64,000 nucleotides of DNA from Lepidodermella squamata (Eukaryota; Animalia; Gastrotricha): the NCBI GenBank assembly GCA_047495785.1, contig JBLDXI010000032.1, positions 3,100,001-3,164,000 on the forward strand, read 5' to 3'. The position numbers and the translations under genes were made by a program. Positions 35,812 through 46,141 of this stretch are shown here, piece by piece. Positions within the stretch are counted from its first letter, which is position 1; the number at the start of each line of letters is the position of its first letter. The notes beneath the pieces are model-generated. The model saw only the letters and a program-made list of their open reading frames with translations, made no database searches and had not been told where the DNA came from.

Positions 35812-36188
35812 TAATTTTGTCTTTTAGTAACTGATTGCTATGAATGGGAAAGGCGACTTGCTTCTTTTGAACGCAGCGTGTGTTGTTACAGCGGAACTCA
35901 GAATCCTTACAAATGCAGTCGAATTCGTCACTGCCGTCTTGGCAATCGCGGTAACCATCACATATATCTGATCGCCTGATAACATTTCCATGATACAGTT
36001 CCAGCGTTTAGTCGTCTTTGGTTTTCCAGCGATTTCCTTTGGCGGCTAAAAATTAAGAAAATTATACCCAGAAAATTAGCTCGCGAAACCGATAATTTTT
36101 CTTAGAAAAAAATCACGAAGTTATCGCTTAGTAATGGGCATGAGATTCAATTTTCCCGTTTATTATCTCAACTTTACCTTCCGAAAAT

Positions 36189-37421
36189 TCACAAGCAATG
36201 TGTTGTCATGCATCCGAAAACAACAGCAGTATAAACAACAACAATCAAAAGTAGGACCAGAAAAACAATGATGTCCATGAGCCGGATCGGGCTTATTGAA
36301 AATGGCTTTCCAGATGCCCGATTTGGGAATCTCAATTCGTATTCACGCGGGGCCATCCATTTCTCATTGCGAGAAAGCATGCATGTAAATTGGGCGTAGA
36401 CTGTACACGTAACACCAATGTACATCTGCAACGAAATGTAGACCATGATGATAACGATCTCTGAAGTCTGAGGCATGGAGGAATCTAGGCTGCCCTCGAG
36501 CACTAGGAAAGACATCATAACTGTCGCGCAATAATTAGGCCGATTGCTTTCTTCGGGTGGCATTAGAGCAAAAGCCAGTTGCATGATTGTCAGGGCGATG
36601 CAGGGAATGACTACAGCGGTCATGAAGTAGGAAACCTTCCTTTCGAAATTGAATGAAAAGACGAATTTGGCGTATCTGTTGTTTGGAAGATCGTCGTATC
36701 TCGAGAAATCTGTGAAAGCGGTCACATTCGGCCTGTGCCAGGCATTTGAGCTCGGCATGAATTTAGGGTCGATGAAGACGTCAACGCCATCGCTCGTTAT
36801 CCTTCTCGCTTCACGTTGTATTTCGAGGATAATCGGACACTGCTGAACATCGTACGGGAAGTTGTGGAATTGCAGCGCGCAGGCGATGTCGATACGTCTT
36901 GATGTCAACATTTTCACATTGCCATTTCTTACAACTCGAAAAATGCTGTTGTCCAAATAACTGGAACTAGAGACAATAAAAAATTAAAGAGGGGGATTCT
37001 GATCCTACATCTTGGAGACTCACCTTCCCAGCAATAGATTACTATCAACGCCAGTCATGTGCCAAATTTCGGGAACCCAGAGCCCAGAATTGCCCGGCAT
37101 CATCGCATATTCCAGCGTTGTATCATCTGGCCAGGCATCTGCTATGCATTGACTTCGCCAAATAATTTCCATCCAAGCGATCATTGAAAAACTTTGCTTC
37201 AGTTCGTCGATTTCGATGAAACGCGTCGCAGTTAGAGACATCGAGACCTTCAAGGTGGAGGACACATTTCCTACAGTCCGGCCCATTCGGTCTTTACATT
37301 TCTCTTTGAGAAGTGCAACTAAATCTCCTTCATCATCTACTACTCCTAAATCATCGCTTCGGGCTAGGCATGACACGTGCAAAGCGGCTAGAGTCAAGAG
37401 CCATTCTGTTTTAAAAAACAT
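36189..37421 (-). CDS. Cys-loop ligand-gated ion channel subunit (pLGIC-14), recent paralog of pLGIC-13
   Basis: Two exons. CALQFHNFPYDVQQC, NRPNYCATVMMSF, GCMTTHCL. Confidence 0.9.
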
Positions 37422-38404
37422 AACGGTAGGAGAAAGATTCACAATTCATGTCACGACTATTAATTTACTGATTCATTGAATTACGAACAAAGGATGCCTA
37501 CCGGTGAACATTTTTTATCATAAAGTATTACAGAGAACGGTGTTATAAAATCAATTTCCCTGTTCATTAGCGAACTGTAATATTTCATCCAATTTTAGGC
37601 GCAAATACCTTCATATTGTAGGTATACAAAGCATCGCATTGGTTCTTATGTAAAGCAATGAGCAGTTCTAACTATTTTCGATGCGCGCAGATCAAGTCGA
37701 GTCAATTAAAAAACTTCGCAATGACAAAATGTCGGCACGCTTTTAGTATTCTATACGAGCCTTTTTCAACGAAGCGTATTTCATTAAAACAGTTGCTGGG
37801 TTGCATCCCGTCGACAATTTTTCGTTTAGTAGCAATAGGCTCCCAAAAGGTCTTTTACGCAGCACCGTTCATAAGGCAGGACAGGCCCTTTTATAAGGCA
37901 GAGGGCAAAGGTCGATTGAATCAAACAAAGCGTGCGAGCTCATGAAGGTTATCTGTCGCTTAAGCTAATCTACCTTAATCCCCGAGAGTCAACAAATGAT
38001 CGCGATTCGTTTACTCAACACTGAGCGCGATGGGTCGCTTTCTAACAGCAGGTAGAATCAGAAAGCCGCGCCACGCGGAAATGGCGTGTAAATTGGCAGC
38101 CTGGGGCCTTGATCAGCGGGATTTGCATTGCTGATGTGATTTAAAAATATACAGGGCAGATCTCCTATATAAGGCAGGGGTTCGAGCTCGATTTTTTCAA
38201 ATATATGGCAGTGCCTTCTAATTCGGATTTTACGGTAAATATGCCCGCCGTGCTCATCTGGAGAATTTCGAATCTCCACTGGCTCGAAAGAGATGCAATA
38301 GATCGATCGATTTCCGCAGCATTGATGACTGTAAAACGAAAAAGGAATTGTTTCAGCGTTATGGTCTGCAATCAATTCTAATTAATGAAAAGATTTATGC
38401 TGCT

Positions 38405-38500
38405 TTTCGCGTTTATTATTCCGCTCAATTTTTAAAAATCGCAAAGGCAATTTGTTGTCATGCATCCGAAAACGACAGCAGGTACGCACAAAGACCAATT
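38405..38500 (-). pseudogene. Decayed 3' fragment of a pLGIC-13/14-type gene
   Basis: gtttattat and tgttgtcatgcatccgaaaacgacagcag match the last codons and 3' flank of pLGIC-13/14. Confidence 0.55.
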
Positions 38501-38668
38501 AAAAGAATAAAGAGAATCAAAAATATATTAGGTTACCCTCGTCAATCCTCAAAAAATCAGTCTGCTGTACAGCGGAAATCAATTTGGAACCAGGCCAACT
38601 TGTAAGATGCTGCCATCCCCAGTTGGCAGTGATAATAAATAGATATTCGGGTAAATTCTTTATGATTA

Positions 38669-39900
38669 TTAACAACGATTTTCACTGCAAACCATTGGCG
38701 CGCCTATCGCAACCACTGAGACCACGCAAATCACAAATAGGACGATGAATGCTATCACATCCAGCAGTCTAAGCTGAGATATTTTAACAGACTGGCTCTT
38801 CAGGAAGAACCCGCCACATTTGAAATCGTAACTTCTCGCAGAGAAGGTTTTCGAAGCGGCTAGCATACAAGTTGCCAGGGCGTATACGGTACACCCTGTT
38901 CCGATGTATAGCTGAGCTGTTGTGAAAACAATGATTAGAACTTCCTCCGATGTTTGAGGCATTTGAGACTGAATAACAGTCTGCAGGATGAGAAACGCCA
39001 TCAAAATTGTCGCAGAATATAGAGCTCTATTGCTCTCTTTCGGCGGCATTACCACAAAGGAAAGCTGTAAAATCATTAGCGCTAAAGATGGTAGAAAGAA
39101 ACTACATAAATATCGCTCATATTTCCGGGTGAAAAAGAGTGTGTAAGTTGGTTGGCTGAAAACCTGTCCAGGTAAAGAATCATAAAGTTTGAACTCTAGT
39201 GTTGGAGTGATGTTCGGGTGATTCCAGACGCTAGATGCCGAAATGAAATCAGAATACAAAAACGTCCGAACGTCTGTAGTATTAACGAAGAACGTGTTTT
39301 GCAAGAACTCGAACTTGATTCGGCAAATTTGAGTGTCAAAAGGATAGTTGCGGAAACGTAGTGCACAGAAGGCGTCTATTCTGAAGTTCATGGTCCATTT
39401 GATGTTTCCGTCCGAGTAAAGATTCATATAGCTGTCTTCGGCCTTCCTTGAAGGGAAATTGATATTTGTCTGTTGCATGCAATGATAAAAGAAATAAGGA
39501 ACAAATCTTACTCTAGTGTTAAAAGAACTTTTTCAACAGCGGTCACATGAAGCATTTCCGGCAGCCAGAATCCTGAGGCTGGAACCAAGATTATAGAAAC
39601 GTTCGTTAGTTCTCTTGGCCAAGATTCTTTGATGCAGTAATGGTTCCAGTACAAGGTAATTCTCGAGGCGAATGAAAATCGCTGCTCCGGCTCGCTGATT
39701 TCGATAAAGCGAGTCGGCGATAAAACTGATCGAACCCATAGAGTCGAGTTGTATCTCTTCGATGGCCGCAAATGCCTAATGCCCCAGCAGTTCGTTTGCA
39801 GGCGATTCAATATCAGCTGCTCTTCAGGTTCAGCTATCTCGGCAAGAAGGGTCGTGCAGAAGCATGGAATGAAAATCCCATAAAATAGACCCAGCTGCAT
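38669..39900 (-). CDS. Cys-loop ligand-gated ion channel subunit (pLGIC-15), paralog of pLGIC-11
   Basis: Two exons. CALRFRNYPFDTQIC, MPPKESNRALYSATILMAF, VCSENRC. Confidence 0.9.
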
Positions 39901-40517
39901 CGCTGAATTCGATGAATGGAGCCCTCAATTACTCGAGAAAAGTAATTGTCCTCCTGAGATGAAGGCTAATCACGCGATTGCAAGATTCGATTGCGAGATT
40001 AGGCTTTAATTTAAGATCACATGAGCGCAACATGTTCGCATTACAAAGCAATGAGTAAAGAACGAACTGCCTCTAAAAAATCTGGAAAAATCGCGCAAGG
40101 AAATCGGGAAACTATAGATAAAACAAAAATTAGTTCAGCTATCGTTATTTGCAGTATTAACCTCAAAAGCTAATGTTTCGAGCCATCAATATACAACACA
40201 AGACACACGACCTCATCACAATGTGCCTATGGGCCCTACCCGGTGGAGAACCTATAATAAATCAAACCTCTAAAACACATGCTGATCACGCGATTGCAAG
40301 ATAATTTCTGTTCGAATCAGGATTGCACGCAAGCTAAATCTTAGCGTCGCCAAGCAATGAGGTAAAATTCAAATGTATTCAAAATTCAAAAGCTCGAGTC
40401 GTTTCCCAACCTGAAGTTAAAGTATCTCATTAGTGATAACCTATTAACACAAACTTTGACATTTTTGCAGAATTTTGAAGAATAAGTAGTCCAAGTTTAT
40501 TTCATCAACGGAAAGCT

Positions 40518-41744
40518 TCAGAGGCAATGAGTCGTCATGCATCCGAAAACAACAGCAGTATAAACAACAACAATCAAAAGTAGGACCAGAAAAACAATGG
40601 CGTCCATTAGCCGGATGGGTCTAATAGAGAATGACTTTCCAGAAGCCCGTTTCGGAAATAATCTCAATTCGTATTCATGCGGGGTCATCCATGTTAAATT
40701 ACGCGAGAGCATGCAAGTAAATTGGGCATAGACTGTACATGTAACACCGATGTACATCTGCAACGAAATGTATACCATAATTATGACGATCTCTGAAGTC
40801 TGAGGCATAGAGGAATCGAGGCTGCCCTCGAGGACGAGGAAAGACAGCATTACTGTAGCGCAATAATTAGGCCGATTGCTTTCTTCCGGTGGCATTAGAG
40901 CAAATGCGAGTTGCATGATTGTCAGGGCAATGCAGGGAATGACGACATCGCTCATGAAGTAGGACACTTTCCGGTCGAAAGTGAATAAAAAGACGAATTT
41001 GGCGTATCTGTTGTTCGGAATATCGTCGTATCTCGAGAAATCCGTGTAAGCTGTCACATTCGGCTTGTGCCAGACACTTGAGCTGGGCATGAATTTAGGG
41101 TCGATATAGACTTCAATGCCACCGCTTGTTACCCTTTTCGCTTCACGTTGAATTTCGAGGATAATCGGGCAGCTTTGAACATCGTATGGGAAATAATGAA
41201 AATGCAGGGCACAGGCTATGTCAATACGTCGAGCCGAGTTCATCCTGACGCTGCCACCTTTCATAACGCGGAAAATACTGTTGTCCAAATAACTTGAACT
41301 GTTGAAGAAAATTAGAAAAATCGATAGCTCGTGAAAGAAGAATTACCTTCCAAGGAGTAAATTAGTGTCAACACCTGTCATGTGCCATATTTCCGGGACC
41401 CAGAGCCCAGAATTGCCCGGCATGACCGCGTAGTCCAGCGTTGAATTAGCTGGCCAGGCATCGGCTATGCATTGACTTCGCCATGTAATTTTCATCCAAG
41501 CGATCATTGACAAACTTTGCTCCAGTTCTTCGATTTCGATGAAACGCGTTGCCGTGAATGAAATGGAGACATTCATTGCGGACGAAGCGTTACCAACAGG
41601 CCGGCCCATTCGATCCTTACATTTTTCCTTGAGAATCGCAATCACCTCTCCCTCATCATCAACGTTGTCATTGTCTTCGGCATTACACGGCAATAACAGA
41701 TGGAAAATGGCAAGAAAAACTTTCAATTTCGTTGATAATAGCAT
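40518..41744 (-). CDS. Cys-loop ligand-gated ion channel subunit (pLGIC-16), paralog of pLGIC-13/14
   Basis: Two exons. CALHFHYFPYDVQSC, NRPNYCATVMLSF, GCMTTHCL. Confidence 0.9.
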
Positions 41745-42418
41745 TAGAAGAAAGTTTTAGTCGAATTTTTTGTCAACGCTAATGATTTTGGTTGTGGACC
41801 CAGTGACATGTGAAATGCGCAAACAATAGCCGTCTGGCATAATTTTGTTATTAACAATCCAGGTACAATTTGCGGCCATATAAAATCAATCAAAGAGAGC
41901 GCGTGCTCAGTTTCCTGTGATCGATGTTTAAAATGTAGTATTTTTATGTAGACTTTTAGGCAAAAAATGCTTTCACATTATTAGGTTGTACAGGTATGCT
42001 GCTTATAGCGTTAACGATTTTCGATTCGCGTATGGATCAAATCGTGTTAATTAAAATGATGCTACGCAATGACAAAAAACATCACGTAAGTGTTCCATTT
42101 TTTTCTATACGGCGCATAAAATACGGCGCTATAATGCGCTATAATATCTAGGTCATATAAAAAAATTCTGATTGACCTCGCTCAATATTTCCTCATAACG
42201 AAAGCTGAAAGATGACAGCTGCCTAGAGTGCAAACTTTAAGAAGCAAATTTGGCACCGACGAATTTTATTTCAATAATTGAAGTTTTAGGAGAAGAACAA
42301 CATTTTTTAACAAATAGACAACATAAAATTATGGCACTTTGAAAATGCAACTGGAATAAAACAAGAATTTGCCAGTTCAGCCGTAATAATTTTCCAATTT
42401 TATTGCGGATCGTTGAAG

Positions 42419-45312
42419 CTAAATAGTGCTTTGATTCTCGTCATCTGCAGCCCCTCCATCCGCCCATTCTACCCAGTAAGTTGATATAGTTCGCTGCTCA
42501 CTCTAGAACCAAATCGCAGAAAATCAATCAACTATCAGCTTCGAATTGAAAAACCCACCTTAACTTCGAGTGTGCCGCGCTCGAAAAATTTGAAGTCGTC
42601 AGCGTGGCTGACGCGGTGGTAGACAGTTTGAGAGACATGAGTCCGCATACCTTGAAAACAAGAGTTATCATGGCGAACACCAATTTAATCCGATAAATTA
42701 CCCATGCCAGTGGCGTTGAGCAAAGCAGCCGTATTCAAAACGGGCCCGTAAATTCCGACTTGGGGCACTCTCATTCCAGAGTAAATCGTTGCAAAGCAAT
42801 GCCCTGAATATAGATGATTCCCAATTTGATTGATATTTTAATTTCAATTTTAATTACCGACATGGATGCCGATTCGGAGTCGCAACTTTACCGTGCCTGT
42901 ATCATCTTCAGTTTCAAGAGCCGTGCTGCCAACATCTTCCTGAAGTTCCAGAGCTAGGAAAACCATCTAAGAAAGCCCTGTAACTGGAAACTGAACCTTG
43001 GAAACTGAATAAATTTACCTCAGTAACATGATCCTGTTAAATTAAAAGAGCAACGGCAAAGTCATATTTGAGAACAATAATTAGGGAAACAAACCGCTGC
43101 GTGTAATTCGCCGATTCCAGAAGCGATGACAAAAGCGTCACCTTAATAATAATATGAAGATTAGGGTCATTTGGTATTTTTCGTCAATTAATTGTTACCA
43201 AGAACATCGATTTTGAAGCAACCATATTTAATCAGCCGAGCTTCGACCTGGCCTTGAAAATGTATTAAAAACATAGTATTTTCACGCATGACTTACGTTC
43301 TCGAAAAACTGGGCTACAACAGTTGAAAATTCGTTCAACTCCAATTCTTGCATCAAGCTTTGCATATTTGTTATATTTATCATCATGACGCAAGTGTCTG
43401 AAATGATGGCAAAGTGAATTTTGTCTAGGGGTCGAGTCGAAAATTACCTGAGCATTGCCGCGGTGGAAATTTCGTCCCGGCTTGATAGGTCGGCACTAGA
43501 GACCGGGGCAAGTAGTCGAAAAGCAGACGCATAGTCTGTTTAATGAGGCTTGCGTGATCGGAAGTTGAAATGATAAAAATAATGAACGTACCTCATTTAG
43601 GACGTCTAATTTCTTGTACGATTCAATAATCTCATCCTGCAGCTGATAAGTAGCTCGGAAGTGTACAAGAATGGCTAGTGCAGACAGAGCACAAGAAACC
43701 GCGATGAGAACAGCGGCTGAAATGAAACCGATCGTTATTAATGAAAAAGAAACCCAGCTAACTAACAAGTGATATCTTCATCTGGCCACGTTTTCTCTGC
43801 GGCTCTAACCGCCTTTTCACTTCGTTCGATCAGCGTATGAATGATGTATTGAATGTTAGCGTCCTGCTGGCTTGTCGCCCGGTTCCAATCTTCATCGTCG
43901 ATGGCGTAAAATTGCTGAGCGGAAGTCTTTAAATTCAAGGTCATAATATTTAAATGATAATAATAATAATTATCAACAAACCAAAGCCATCATTGCGTCA
44001 ACTTCTTTCATGACGTCTTGATCCGTCATATTTTTCATCTGGGCCATCCCTATTGGCGAAGAGACCGCGACAACTTTGACGAACTCGGAGTATCTCAGGT
44101 AGAAATTAGCTATCGACTTGTAGACGCTGTCATCGATAGTAACATTGCGGTCTAATTTTCAAGATTTTTTAGATGGGCTGGTCAGTGTTTTCAATTTCGA
44201 TACCTTCTTTGATGAGTCGCTGGCTTAGAACTACAAATCGCCGATAATTCATGTACTAGGGGAAATATCTGGAATAAGAATTAGAAATTTGGTGATGTTT
44301 TACCATTCGAAAGGTGTAGAACAGTGTTAGAAATTCGTTCCAACCCTTGAATCGCGGAAAATTCATCGTGTTCGACCTGACAAGGTTCGCCAACTGATCG
44401 ATCGTTAAAGTGTAGAAATTTATGATATCGTCCTCTTGAAAATAAAAATAAGCATAATTGAAACTATTGTAATTTTTATTTGTTTTTTTACCCGATGTCC
44501 CATTCGGCGCTTTCCGCATGTCTCTCATCCCTCGTAGAGCGTTTCTCAGAGCTGCTGCCGATGTCACGTTAACGCGTTCTGCTACAGTCAATGCAGAAAA
44601 ATCAGTTGGCCAGTTTTTTACCAGGAAAAGTTTCTGCAATTCGATTATTAAATTTAGAAAATTTCGGAAAATTTAAAATAAATACCGAATCGACTTGACG
44701 CATCGGAACTTGAGCTTTTTGCAGAAAAATTTCGTAAGGACCCGTGTTGTACCTGAAAAATTATTTTCATTACATCACTCAATATTGATTTATCTCTGAA
44801 CCAACTGGTAAAATGGATCCAGCTCCACTGGAAAAAAACCAAAATTAATGAAAAGAAAAAATCGTTAATTTCAACTCACTCGCTAGGAGAGTCATGACAT
44901 CGTACAAATTCACAGTGACATCGAAGCTCGTCTGCAACAAATTTGTTATGAATTACAGACTTATTATTAAAAATGAGATTCAAACCGCGATTGAGTCGGC
45001 CCTCGTCCTTCTATTACCGGCCAACTCGGCGTCTGTTATCAGTTGAACGTACAGCGATACGGTTGATATAATCACGACCACGGCAATCTGTTGAAATTTT
45101 CGTAGCATTTAGATGATTTTTCGAATATGAGTTTATAGCTATACTTGAATGAGCTGCACAATTCGGCCAGATTTTTTCTTCGGGTTCCCCGATATGCGGT
45201 CGACTACGGCATTGAAGCCCTCCTTAATACTGATCACAGATGCGACTGAAGGCGATCGCGAGGCGACGAACGCAGCATTACTAACGGAAAGTCGCTCCTT
45301 CGTAGGTTCCAT
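42419..45312 (-). CDS. Two-TM membrane guanylyl-cyclase-like protein with degenerate class III cyclase domain (possible NIT-GC type)
   Basis: Many short exons. TM1 IAVVVIISTVSLYV, helical ectodomain, TM2 ITIGFISAAVLIAVSCALSALAIL, then TMRLLFDYLPRSLV, TCVMMINITNMQ, FKIDVLGDAFVIASG, LRLRIGIHVG, RVPQVGIYGPVLNTAALLNATG, THVSQTVY, FERGTLEVK, STYWV. These are colinear with guanylyl cyclase motifs. Confidence 0.8.
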
Positions 45313-46141
45313 ATATTTGAGAAATTTAAACAAGAAGTGATTTAGGTGACCTATTATTCCGTCTTTATATACCTCCTTTGTTTACATTCTCTGTATATGG
45401 TACTTGACTGATATCAGTAAACAAAACAGAATTAGCGAAATGAGGGACAACAATATATTTATATTTATAATCCAGTACAGCATTGTTTGCGTTAAAGTCG
45501 CAATTCAAACCAAGAGATAAAGGCGTGCCATCCTAATATTTGTTATTTAGGATTACACCTGATCAAGAAAGTGCGTGATGACTTTGGGACGCACGCATAA
45601 AACGAGAACATATACTGAGGAATTCGATTTTTTGTTGCTTCGGGTCGCGCAAATATTTTCGAACAGCCGTTTGTTTTTGTTTAGTTATCTCTTTTGTTTT
45701 GCATACGTACGCAATTCAGGTACGCACTCGACTTTACTGCACCAATTTTAGTGCTCCGCCAATGAGCCGCCTCAAATAGAAAAAATGTGCCATTCAGAAT
45801 AAGCGTGAATAAAATCGTGGAATCAAAGACCATCCACCTTAAAAAGACGAATGAAAATAAATCATAGGAATATTCCGCGTGTCGTATTTGAACACCTGCT
45901 CTAAAAGTGTCCATTGAATAGTATTAGCATTTAGATGAGTTATGCGGGTTTTGTATAGTATAACCACACGGCCGCGGTATGCATTTATTATAAAGGATGC
46001 ATTTTTTTGAATGAGCGACATCGCATATGATATTTATCCCTATATGCTAACCGTGAAACAATGCAACTGCTGCTGGTACAAATAAACAAAACAGTATAAA
46101 CTATAATGATGGTCATTACCTTTCAATAACTTTTGCAACTA

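Larger units (their letters stand above)
28580..36045 (-). pseudogene. LDL-receptor class A repeat protein (~13 LDLa modules), disrupted
   Basis: Multi-exon series of CxxxxFxC...C...CDxxxDCxDxSDExxC modules. An LTR element interrupts the exon GTCIPERGKCN^GTMECKDGSDE. There is an apparent frameshift near 28785 (DCGKND then [10 protein letters not shown] in another frame). The 5'-most exon has an in-frame stop and no signal peptide was found. Confidence 0.75.

Noticed and set aside
37860-38375. GC-richer patch with short ORFs and repeated ataaggcag
   Set aside because: No TIR/TSD pair or protein motif could be established. It may be an old TE relic but is unsupported.
39969-40360. Direct repeat atcacgcgattgcaagat (39969 and 40285) between pLGIC-15 and -16
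   Set aside because: Only two short copies with diverged flanks. It fits a small local duplication and is not an array or LTR pair.
1-41744. Assigning nAChR alpha/beta, 5-HT3 or GABA/GluCl gene symbols, or calling the short ORFs soluble AChBP-like proteins
   Set aside because: There is no vicinal Cys, loop B Trp or PAR motif. The ectodomain ORFs splice in frame to four-TM exons.
45681-46021. Short ORFs between the cyclase-like gene and TRPM-like 1; likewise 50785-51246 and 56588-56785
   Set aside because: AT-rich intergenic sequence with no homology cues or splice context.
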